Virus record (IMG/VR): IMGVR_UViG_3300028898_000325
Location: 2,631 to 66,630 of that record
Source: a virus
DNA length: 64,000 nt
Reading direction: 5' to 3' (one strand)
This document shows positions 8,127 through 16,083 of this stretch, piece after piece; the stretch's first letter is position 1, and every line of letters begins with the position of its first letter. Under the pieces are notes generated by a model. That model made no database searches and was not told the origin of the DNA. It worked only from the letters and a program-made list of their open reading frames with translations. The position numbers were made by a program, and so were the translations under genes.

Positions 8127-8510
8127 TTATTCAGCAGCATTCGGCAGGCCCGGCAGACCACGGGCCGCCAGCTTGTGCAATATCTTTTCGTAACGAGAGA
8201 GTAACAGACGACCGGACGTGGTGATGACCAGCGGTGAACGCTGACTACCACGAGCCAAATAGCCACGTTTGAGCAAACCCTGAACAAGATCATTTACAAA
8301 ACCAAAGGAACGAGTATTCCTACAAGCCTTTAATATCTTCCCTACTTTATCGTAAGTCACAGCAACCCCATGAGCATTGCAATAAACAACATACACCAAC
8401 GCAATTAAATCAACCCTCCTAACCTCCCAACCTTCCATAGATGATAACACAGAAAGGGCAGAGCCTTCATTCAACGTTGAACAAACCAACGGAAAATCAG
8501 CTAACACCAT
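8127..8510 (-). CDS. Hypothetical protein, possible winged-helix DNA-binding protein
   Basis: YDKVGKIL...VNDLVQGLLKRGYLARG...LVITTSGRLLL resembles MarR-like wHTH; the start codon is uncertain (ORF open to 8639). Confidence 0.4.
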   Translation of the reverse strand: MVLADFPLVCSTLNEGSALSVLSSMEGWEVRRVDLIALVYVVYCNAHGVAVTYDKVGKILKACRNTRSFGFVNDLVQGLLKRGYLARGSQRSPLVITTSGRLLLSRYEKILHKLAARGLPGLPNAAE

Positions 8511-9032
8511 TACAGACGAACGCAATTGTAATTTATCGCCCAAAATTAAACAGAGTTTGTACTCAATTGAGTGATTTATGAAGGGGTTAATTGCACATTT
8601 GCAGACACATTGGCGCATTAGATCCTGACATAACGGCACAATGTGTTATAACATTATGAAAATCAGTATGAATGCAAGGCGCAAAAGCAACGCCCACAAT
8701 ATTAATTATGTTAAATAGGCCATTTTTCACCCCAAATATACACCTTATCTTTCCATTTGAACGCTGCGAGAATTGAATATTTACCCTCAACCCCTCCCCT
8801 ACCCTACCGGATGTGCTGCAAATTGGTTTATTTTCCGTGATAACCATGCGAATTGCTTTGAAATTTCCAGATTCCCCTTTTCCCGCCGACCATAAAAAAG
8901 ACCCCACCCGGTCGCAAAATTCCCGTTTCCCCAGGCAAAACGACCCCGGCTTTATAAGGTATTATCCCTCCATTCCATCCACACGTCCTATTTTAACAGG
9001 CTGTGAATGGATGTGGCGGTTAATTTTTGGGT

Positions 9033-9320
9033 TTAGTATTTGAGTGTTAATACTTTTACCACATTCATTTGGGCGTTGAGGATTTCGCCTATGGTGTGGT
9101 GGTAAAGTATTGTGGCATGCTGTGATAGTGCTTTTTGTTGGGTTACTTCTCTTTCCTGTATTTCATCATGCAGGAGGTCTGCAAGTTCTGCGCAAAGTTT
9201 TTTTGCCTTGGTTACTTTGTCATCGTTTGATGGGTTGAAGGTTAATCCTACGAGTTTTTCCCCGAAAGTCATTGGTCTTTGTGGGGCTACATCTACTGGG
9301 CTTGATTGTGTTGTACTCAT
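9033..9320 (-). CDS. Small helical phage protein, possibly Acb2/Tad1-hairpin-like
   Basis: TFGEKLVGLTFNPSND...AKKLCAELADL...IGEILNAQMNVVKVLT; family resemblance recalled from memory, not searched. Confidence 0.45.
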   Translation of the reverse strand: MSTTQSSPVDVAPQRPMTFGEKLVGLTFNPSNDDKVTKAKKLCAELADLLHDEIQEREVTQQKALSQHATILYHHTIGEILNAQMNVVKVLTLKY

Positions 9321-9548
9321 AATATTGTCGGTTTTACCGGAGCCGATACGGTTTATTTTGATTGATCGCTTGTTTTGTTTACTTCTTATCGCTTTCTTTG
9401 TTATCGTTGGGATTTGGGGAGGTGTGTGGCTTGTTTGAGTTCCTCTTCTGTGTTCCCGTAGAGCGATTTAAAGACTACGGTTTTCTGTTGTTTTTCCATT
9501 GTGTGTTTGTTTATGGTTGCGAAGGATCACCCTTTGAGTATTCTTTGA

Positions 9549-9761
9549 TTATTTGGTTGGGCATGAGGGTAGTTTTATTTTTTTAAGCAGCATTGACATT
9601 AGGTAATCATATATACTGAAAACTTGTTTAAACTTGTCTACGCCTGAAAATATCCAGTATACCCCAGCCAGTACAAGCAGTACAGAATAGAGAGAGGTTA
9701 TTAGAAACGCCGCTGGCATCCAGGGTATTATTTTAATAAAAAAAACGAGTCTGTTTGTCAT
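9549..9761 (-). CDS. Small membrane protein
   Basis: Long hydrophobic stretch; ATGA overlap with the upstream gene. Confidence 0.5.
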   Translation of the reverse strand: MTNRLVFFIKIIPWMPAAFLITSLYSVLLVLAGVYWIFSGVDKFKQVFSIYDYLMSMLLKKIKLPSCPTK

Positions 9762-10033
9762 AGTTTTGTTTCGTTGTTTGTGGAGGGGTTTTGTTTTGAC
9801 TGAAGGAACATTTGATATGCCCCATCGGATGTGACATACTTCATATCGAGACCTATCCATGTACCATTGGAAGCGGACTGAAAATCTAACTTGTGATTGC
9901 TCATGAAGTTTGCAAACTCAATCGCCTCCCGCCGGCACAGTTCCTCTATCTGCTTTGTAAAGTCCGCTTCGTCTTCTCTTGTGAGGTATTGGTATTTGTC
10001 AATCTTTTGAACTAATTCGTAGGCTTTACTCAT
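9758..10033 (-). CDS. Hypothetical protein
   Basis: 91 aa; shares EAIEF and Y..FLQ.KQ motifs with its neighbour. Confidence 0.65.
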   Translation of the reverse strand: MSKAYELVQKIDKYQYLTREDEADFTKQIEELCRREAIEFANFMSNHKLDFQSASNGTWIGLDMKYVTSDGAYQMFLQSKQNPSTNNETKL

Positions 10034-10296
10034 TGCTGCTGTTTTTGCTGCAAGAAAATTTGATAATACTGTTCCATTGATTCATAGGTGCCGTGACTAT
10101 CTACAAATACACCAAGCGAAACCTCCAGCATTCTACCTGTAGCAAATTCAAGGAACTCAATCGCCTCCTGCTTGGCGTACTCGTCCATAGCCTTTTCTAT
10201 TTCTTCGATTTGGCTATTAGGGTCGCCACCCCAACTGTAGCATTCCGTACTATCCCATCCGCTGTCTTCAAGTATTTCTTCTTTTGTTTTTGTCAT
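10030..10296 (-). CDS. Hypothetical protein
   Basis: 88 aa; MTKTKEEIL...KAMDEYAKQEAIEF. Confidence 0.65.
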   Translation of the reverse strand: MTKTKEEILEDSGWDSTECYSWGGDPNSQIEEIEKAMDEYAKQEAIEFLEFATGRMLEVSLGVFVDSHGTYESMEQYYQIFLQQKQQQ

Positions 10297-10406
10297 GCCT
10301 CAGAGTTTTTTCTTAACAAAAACCAAAGATAGGAAAAAATATTTGGTTATGTGGCATAACTTTATGTTATTTGTGGTTATATTGTATGACTTTAAAAAAC
10401 GAAAGA

Positions 10407-10655
10407 ATGAAAACATTTATTTCTGTTGCGCTTGTGCTCGCCATGTGCTTGTACGTTTCCCGGATGAACATTCAGGCAAAGCCATTCAAAGTGTCATTCG
10501 GAGATCTCCCAGCGGGGCTCGGTGTATTGTTTATTGTCCTGGCGGTTATTTGCTTTCAGCTATCAGGATATAAACGAGGGGTGAAAGATGGATATAGTGA
10601 AGCCGTTGACGATGTTATTGAACTTTCAAAAGAGAAAAAGCAGCCTGCAGAATAG
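10407..10655 (+). CDS. Membrane protein
   Basis: Two hydrophobic segments followed by GYKRGVKDGY. Confidence 0.6.
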   Translation: MKTFISVALVLAMCLYVSRMNIQAKPFKVSFGDLPAGLGVLFIVLAVICFQLSGYKRGVKDGYSEAVDDVIELSKEKKQPAE

Positions 10656-10696
10656 CGTCTCCCTCCCCTGCCTTCATGGGGTGAAAGTATGGGGGA

Positions 10697-10827
10697 GGTA
10701 ACGGCTCCGGGTGTTTGCGAAGGGATGGAATAGTAGCACTTCCGCCCAACAACAACAAATGCCCGGCTTTGCAAATGGTTGAGAACTTATTCGTCAGCCA
10801 GCCTTTTGCAAATACCAATGTTCTATG
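10697..10827 (-). repeat. attC-like recombination site (array 2, distal)
   Basis: On the + strand: GGTAAC - GGTGTTTGCGAAGGGATGG ... CCAGCCTTTTGCAAATACC - GTTCTATG; the arms are 15/19 complementary. Spacer asymmetry indicates minus orientation. Confidence 0.75.
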
Positions 10828-10877
10828 TCTGTATTTTGCGAAGCTGCGGAGCTTTACTAACAATTTAAAAAGAGGTT

Positions 10878-11156
10878 ATGACAACAGAAAATGCTTTAGA
10901 CTTAGTAAAAATGTATGCTCAACCTGCTAAATCTTCTTTTGGCGGCGAACTGGATTATAATATAATTCCTTCAAAGCAATTCTATCATTTAGCAAATGAA
11001 ATTGCTGAAAAGGTAAACATGTGGCAAGATCAGGCCATTACGCTGCATAAGATTATTTATAAAATGATGAATGAAGAAATACCTACTTATGATATGAAGG
11101 AAGGGGAGGTAATTAAAAGTATTGTTGCTGAAATTGTAAATAACACAAAAAAATAA
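10878..11156 (+). CDS. Hypothetical protein (cassette E, gene 1)
   Basis: 92-aa ORF between paired cores at 10820 and 11571. Confidence 0.6.
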   Translation: MTTENALDLVKMYAQPAKSSFGGELDYNIIPSKQFYHLANEIAEKVNMWQDQAITLHKIIYKMMNEEIPTYDMKEGEVIKSIVAEIVNNTKK

Positions 11157-11161
11157 ATTTT

Positions 11162-11575
11162 ATGGTAGATAAGAAAAAACTTGCCGAAATATTTAACCTT
11201 CCAGTGAGTGAAGTTGAAACAATTTTTGAAGCTGCATTGGTTTATCAATGTGATGCACAAAATGAAGGGTATAGAGATTGGTGTAAAATGTATGATGGCA
11301 TTCATAGGGAAATGCACGGGGAAACAGCAATAAGAAACTGGCTTGCATTTAGAAGATGGCAAAAATCAAGGGCACAGCCTTCTATTAAAGAGTTTATGAA
11401 TCTCGCAAATGAGTTGAGTAATACATCTACGGATAAACAATTTAGATATGTTCTTACTCATTCACAACTTATAAAGCTGTATGAATTTGCGCAAGCTGGT
11501 GCTATTAATGCTGAAATTCAAACGTCCAGCCCATTAAAGAACGAAAAGTGTGGCAAGGGGCAAAATATAGCATAG
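11162..11575 (+). CDS. Hypothetical protein (cassette E, gene 2)
   Basis: 137 aa; the stop TAG lies inside the core CATAGAAC. Confidence 0.65.
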   Translation: MVDKKKLAEIFNLPVSEVETIFEAALVYQCDAQNEGYRDWCKMYDGIHREMHGETAIRNWLAFRRWQKSRAQPSIKEFMNLANELSNTSTDKQFRYVLTHSQLIKLYEFAQAGAINAEIQTSSPLKNEKCGKGQNIA

Positions 11576-11683
11576 AACGTGCCGGGTGCTTACGAAGGCG
11601 GGATATTGACTTGAGGCAGTTTGGCTTTGCGATTGTTCCGGCTTTGTTCCTTCGCCCCGCTTTTGTAAGCACCATGTTATGTA
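11571..11683 (-). repeat. attC-like recombination site (array 2, middle)
   Basis: CATAGAAC - GGTGCTTACGAAGGCGGG ... CCCGCTTTTGTAAGCACC - GTTATGTA; the arms are 16/18 complementary. Confidence 0.85.
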
Positions 11684-11785
11684 TCAGTAGGGCAATGACT
11701 GTTCCTGCTGCTGAATAGAATTACTGAAGAAAAAATGCGGGGACGGCTGAAGTCACAGCCACTCCGAAACACTAAAAACAAAAGC

Positions 11786-12169
11786 ATGAAAATTTATACT
11801 GCAAGCAAAACGAAACACGCTCACAAATGGATTGAGCTAAGAAATAACGGCGTGAATGTTATTTCAACTTGGATTGATGAAGCAGGGCAAGGGCAAACAA
11901 AAGACATGGCTGATTTGTGCCGCCGTTGCATTCAGGAAAGTATTGACTGTGATGCAATGATTGTGTATGCAGAAGAAGGCGACTATTTGAAGGGTGCATT
12001 TATTGAAATGGGCATTGCTCTTAGCGTTCCCTCTAAGCCGATTGTGTTGGTTGGCGAAGTGCTGCCTTTCGGTTCAGCATTCACGTATGCGCCACAAGTT
12101 TTCAGGGCTAAAACAATAGAGGCGGCTTTGGAACTGTTAGAAACTTCCAAAACGCCGGTCACGGCGTAG
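11786..12169 (+). CDS. Nucleoside 2-deoxyribosyltransferase-like (NDT-fold) protein, cassette F
   Basis: MKIYTAS...ISTWID...CIQESIDCDAMIVY...KGAFIEMGIAL..KPIVLVG follows the NDT pattern (xIYLAG ... D ... GxxxExGxA). Confidence 0.7.
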   Translation: MKIYTASKTKHAHKWIELRNNGVNVISTWIDEAGQGQTKDMADLCRRCIQESIDCDAMIVYAEEGDYLKGAFIEMGIALSVPSKPIVLVGEVLPFGSAFTYAPQVFRAKTIEAALELLETSKTPVTA

Positions 12170-12226
12170 GGAAGCGTGGGGCATTTTTTCTAAACTGAAG
12201 TTCGGTTATGTTCAAAAGCCCTATTG

Positions 12227-12365
12227 TACATAACGTCGAGAGGCTTTGTGCCTGTTGCCGAATTTGAAATTATTCACTCTAAAATTTATACAAATGTCCA
12301 AAAGTAAAAAGAAAGTTGAGCCGACTTCCCAAAGCGGCAATAGCACAAAACCTGTGTTATATGCC
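12227..12365 (-). repeat. attC-like recombination site (array 2, proximal)
   Basis: TACATAAC - GGCTTTGTGCCTGTTGCCG ... CGGCAATAGCACAAAACC - GTTATATGCC; one extra base in one arm. Confidence 0.85.
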
Positions 12366-12527
12366 GTTGGCGATTTGGTGAAAATCATTGCTAATGTTGA
12401 TTATGTAGGTTCAGTTGGTCGGGTGATTGATTTAAACGAACCTGGCCCTCATCCGATAAAGGTTCAATTTGAGGACACTTGGTGTTGTTATGCAGCCGAT
12501 GAGATATGTCACGCCAATGGCATATAA
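12294..12527 (+). CDS. Hypothetical protein, possible SH3/KOW-like fold (cassette G)
   Basis: AVGDLVKII...GSVGRVID...PIKVQFED. The ATG lies inside the attC and the stop TAA lies inside the core GGCATATAAC. Confidence 0.6.
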   Translation: MSKSKKKVEPTSQSGNSTKPVLYAVGDLVKIIANVDYVGSVGRVIDLNEPGPHPIKVQFEDTWCCYAADEICHANGI

Positions 12528-12549
12528 CTCCCCAATTGTCACAACTCAA
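12519..12549 (-). other. Putative attI-like entry site of cassette array 2
   Basis: Minus strand TTGAGTTGTGACAATTGGGGA|GTTATATGCC; no hairpin arm; matches 840-858 at 17/19. Confidence 0.5.
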
Positions 12550-12554
12550 CACAA

Positions 12555-12824
12555 ATGATTGAACCCCAATATTATCACCAAATTAAAAAAGGCTCTACGG
12601 TAACTCTGTGGAATGGCAGTTACCGTGTGCAAGAGGATAGAGGGCATTTGTATGTTGTGATGAAAGTAAATGGGCAACGTAAAAAGAAAACAATCACACC
12701 AGAATTATTCCCGGAACCAGGCAGTTTGCAGGATTTTATTTTTCATCAATGGTTTCAGGATTATACCGAGCAGGAATTTTATTCATTCGCTTCAGCCGAA
12801 TTAAGCTGGCTGGGGATAAATTAA
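12555..12824 (+). CDS. Hypothetical protein
   Basis: 89-aa ORF in a + strand run. Confidence 0.6.
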   Translation: MIEPQYYHQIKKGSTVTLWNGSYRVQEDRGHLYVVMKVNGQRKKKTITPELFPEPGSLQDFIFHQWFQDYTEQEFYSFASAELSWLGIN

Positions 12825-12829
12825 AATAT

Positions 12830-13054
12830 ATGAGTATGGAAAAGAAAAATGAAGGGCAAATTGTCACTTGTACGTGTATGGTATGCGGCCAAAAGTTTAA
12901 AGGTGAAGAGCCGCAAATGTGTTGTGACGGAAGGGGTTGCGGATGTATGGGAAAGCCGATAGATCCAGTTGTGTGTTCTACTGAATGCTTCTATAAATTA
13001 ATGCTTTGTCAAGTCCCTTCACCCCATTCACTCACAACCCCGAAGAGGGGATAA
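12830..13054 (+). CDS. Small Cys-rich protein
   Basis: CTCMVC, CCDGRGCGC and CSTEC clusters. Confidence 0.55.
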   Translation: MSMEKKNEGQIVTCTCMVCGQKFKGEEPQMCCDGRGCGCMGKPIDPVVCSTECFYKLMLCQVPSPHSLTTPKRG

Positions 13055-13067
13055 AAAAGAAAGTATC

Positions 13068-13460
13068 ATGTTTACACAAGGATTAAGTTATCAAAAAACA
13101 ATTTCAATGGTTACAGAGGTATGCTGTAACTGCGGTATAGCTTTTGGTATGCCGTCCGATTTTAGAGACGTATTGCTCAATGACTCGAACAAGTCGTTTT
13201 ATTGTCCTAATGGTCATGGTCAGCATTTTGTAAAAAGTCGTGAACAGCAATTAAGGGAAGATGCAGAAAAAAAGTTACGTCAAAAGGAAAACGAACTTGC
13301 GAACTTAACAGCATCGAAAATTCAGTTAGAAAGCGAACTACAAAAAACGCAAAGAAAATTAAAGCGGGTCCATAACGGCACGTGCCCATGCTGTAAAAGA
13401 AGTTTTCAAAACCTGGCTAATCACATGAAATCTAAGCATCCTGAACTATTAACCAAGTAA
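13068..13460 (+). CDS. Zinc-finger/coiled-coil protein
   Basis: CCNCG..FYCPNGH, a coiled coil, then CPCCKRSF.NL.NHM...H (C2H2-like). Confidence 0.75.
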   Translation: MFTQGLSYQKTISMVTEVCCNCGIAFGMPSDFRDVLLNDSNKSFYCPNGHGQHFVKSREQQLREDAEKKLRQKENELANLTASKIQLESELQKTQRKLKRVHNGTCPCCKRSFQNLANHMKSKHPELLTK

Positions 13461-13465
13461 CCCCC

Positions 13466-13732
13466 ATGTACAACCTATCAACCGATTACGAAGAACTCTG
13501 GAGCTATGTTATCAAAGGCCATGAGCCGGTGTGCTTTGTGGATTCAATTTTATTCAATGAAAGAAAATCATCACGTGCAGTTGCAATGATAAAAAGGCAT
13601 TCTGAAAAAGACATTGATATTGGTGTAAGAGGCAGAAGCTATGGAGGTGTTACTCCATTTGACACCGCCCCCGAAAAAGAATTATTCATCTCCGAATGCA
13701 AGCGGCTTAACCTGCAATGGGTGAGGCCGTGA
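13466..13732 (+). CDS. Hypothetical protein
   Basis: 88-aa ORF, tightly packed. Confidence 0.6.
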   Translation: MYNLSTDYEELWSYVIKGHEPVCFVDSILFNERKSSRAVAMIKRHSEKDIDIGVRGRSYGGVTPFDTAPEKELFISECKRLNLQWVRP

Positions 13733-13744
13733 AAAAGAAAAATT

Positions 13745-14158
13745 ATGAACACAGAAAATAAAATACCGGTAAGAATACAAAGAAGCCGTCAACATAAGCA
13801 AGTCTCTCCAAATGGATTGCCGATTGTTTATGTAGGCCGTCCAACTATGTGGGGCAATCCTTTTAAACTTGTAGGCGATATGATTTATGTTGATGCAAGT
13901 CACAGGAGAAAGATTTTATCACCGTGGGTTTTGTTTATGGATGGCGGCGGTCATAGAGCTGAAGAAGTTGTAAAAATATTCAGGTCAATGATGATGGACT
14001 TAAACGCTTGGCCTGTTGAAGAACCAATTTATAAAAGGTTTCAATTAATGAGGGATAGGATAAAAGATTTGCAGGATAAAAACCTTTCCTGCTGGTGTCC
14101 GACAAGTTGCAAATGTCACGCTGATGTATTACTTGAACTTGCAAACCCCACCCCATGA
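13745..14158 (+). CDS. DUF4326-like protein
   Basis: VYVGRPTMWGNPF ... KNLSCWC...CHADVLLELAN. Confidence 0.85.
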   Translation: MNTENKIPVRIQRSRQHKQVSPNGLPIVYVGRPTMWGNPFKLVGDMIYVDASHRRKILSPWVLFMDGGGHRAEEVVKIFRSMMMDLNAWPVEEPIYKRFQLMRDRIKDLQDKNLSCWCPTSCKCHADVLLELANPTP

Positions 14159-14706
14159 CACCCGAAACCATAGCCACTAACCTCATTATGGAACTCCAGC
14201 AAAATTTCGCTGATAATGCAGGATGTATAGACTATGACCGTTACGAAAAAACATTGTTAAACCAGTTGAAAGAAATATTTAAAGACATGAGCAACGATAA
14301 GACAGCAGCAAAAGACGAATGGATGCATTATACCCAAATTGATTTTACAGATGAAAAGTTTAATTACTTTTCTATTGATACCCGTGATTTTCATTGCAAT
14401 GCTTGTTTTACAGAGCTGCCTAAACTGGATTTACATTGTACGGCAAAAAATCCTGATAAAGTTTACTTCACGGTTGACGAATTAAAAAAACTATTGGATA
14501 GGTATTTTACCGAAAGTGGCGGTAATGCGAAATGGAGGATGTTCAGTCTGGAAGGTTATTGCAGAGGATGGGAAATGAAGTATTTAAGAATAATCAGATT
14601 GAAAAAAGGTTTTGTTGTTTGTACAAATTTCAGAGAAGTGTATACTGTTCACAAAAAGAAAAACCTTCAATTACCAGTAGAAAGAAAACATTTAGGCGCT
14701 TACTAA
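14155..14706 (+). CDS. Hypothetical protein
   Basis: 183 aa; ATGA overlap. Confidence 0.6.
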   Translation: MTPETIATNLIMELQQNFADNAGCIDYDRYEKTLLNQLKEIFKDMSNDKTAAKDEWMHYTQIDFTDEKFNYFSIDTRDFHCNACFTELPKLDLHCTAKNPDKVYFTVDELKKLLDRYFTESGGNAKWRMFSLEGYCRGWEMKYLRIIRLKKGFVVCTNFREVYTVHKKKNLQLPVERKHLGAY

Positions 14707-14755
14707 CCGGCACCATCCACACCACACCCGAATTAATCAATCAAAATAAATAAAC

Positions 14756-15040
14756 ATGACACAGTTTAACGCAGAAAAAAAAGATGTCCTTACTTATGGC
14801 GAATGCCTTAATCCAATTTTTGAGATAACAGACAAAGCCGATGCAATGCAGTACAAGCAAGCATACATTGATTACACACAAAAAATGCTTGACAAAGAAC
14901 CACGCAAAGATGATATGACAGCCGAACAAATTGTAAACGCCAATATTGGGTACTATGCTGGTTACGGTTCTAATGATGATAGGGCAAGAATTGAAGAACT
15001 GTTTGAGTGTTTGCACCCTGTTTTTGGTAAAGCAAAATAA
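14756..15040 (+). CDS. Hypothetical protein
   Basis: 94 aa; NIGYYAGY, HPVFG. Confidence 0.65.
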   Translation: MTQFNAEKKDVLTYGECLNPIFEITDKADAMQYKQAYIDYTQKMLDKEPRKDDMTAEQIVNANIGYYAGYGSNDDRARIEELFECLHPVFGKAK

Positions 15041-15107
15041 ACCTCCGGCGAATGCTTCTACCGCAACGATAAGGGAGAGTTGTATTGATAAACAAAAATG
15101 AAATTGT

Positions 15108-15716
15108 ATGACACAGGAAAAAGTATCAATCGAAAAAATAACAATTGACGAAACAGAAATATTTCTTGATGAACTTGGAAACAACCGAGGTAAAATAACT
15201 GTGAGCAACATTTATGGACATAATTATTCTTACTTCTGGGGAGCAATGGGAGGCACTTTAAAGAACTTCATACTAAATATTGATTCTGGTTATTTCGCTT
15301 CAAAGCTTATGGGCAGTGAATCAATCTACAAAATGAGCGTGAAAAAAACATTTGCTGAAATAAGAAGATTTATTAGAGAGGAAATAGGATTGCAGTTCTA
15401 CCACGTTCCAGCGTTCCAAAAGCATATGCGAGAGGTCTTAAATGAATTTCAAAGATCAATGGAGGAACAGGAAAATAAGGATTTGTTTGTGGCCTATTTT
15501 GATAGCTGGTTTATAAATTTTCTTGACTTCTCTTTAATCGAAGATCGTTTTGAAAGAGATCGAATAGAGAAAGAGTTTAAAGGGATTTGTGAGGTTTGGA
15601 ATTTCATTCAAGATGAACCAAATGAACGATATAAATGGCTATGCAAATTGCATAAGCAGTTGCAGGCAGCAATTAAAATCTCACCCTCAACCCCAACAAC
15701 AAATGAAAATGAATAA
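15108..15716 (+). CDS. Hypothetical protein
   Basis: 202 aa; YSYFWGAMGG motif. Confidence 0.7.
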   Translation: MTQEKVSIEKITIDETEIFLDELGNNRGKITVSNIYGHNYSYFWGAMGGTLKNFILNIDSGYFASKLMGSESIYKMSVKKTFAEIRRFIREEIGLQFYHVPAFQKHMREVLNEFQRSMEEQENKDLFVAYFDSWFINFLDFSLIEDRFERDRIEKEFKGICEVWNFIQDEPNERYKWLCKLHKQLQAAIKISPSTPTTNENE

Positions 15717-16071
15717 GCAGAAAGCAGCAGAGAAAAAAGCACTATACTACAAACTATTCGCATTCTTTCATCAGGAACATAACCTGATTTTACAGAACAG
15801 CGAAATACAGGAAATAATCCACGAGGTAGAGAAATTCCAAAAAGAAAACGGGCAGGAACAGCAGGGATGGATACCGGTAGAGGAACGGTTGCCGGAAATT
15901 GATCAATCTGTTATTGCGACAACCTTTATTAACGGGAAGTACGAAGTACTGCGTGAATATGCTTTTATCGACAAGCGTAATCAGTGGTATTGGAATGATG
16001 GAATAAATAAAGTTGCAAATAAAGTCACCCACTGGCGACCTCTTCCCCCGCCACCAAACAGTAAACAATAA
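15709..16071 (+). CDS. DUF551-like protein
   Basis: GWIPVEERLPE ... VTHWRPLPPPP. Confidence 0.8.
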   Translation: MNKQKAAEKKALYYKLFAFFHQEHNLILQNSEIQEIIHEVEKFQKENGQEQQGWIPVEERLPEIDQSVIATTFINGKYEVLREYAFIDKRNQWYWNDGINKVANKVTHWRPLPPPPNSKQ

Positions 16072-16083
16072 AACCCAAGTAAA

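Noticed and set aside
840-12549. CRISPR array interpretation of the repeated elements
   Set aside because: The elements are 110-200 bp, diverge in sequence and are separated by whole genes, not by uniform 30-40 bp spacers; no cas genes.
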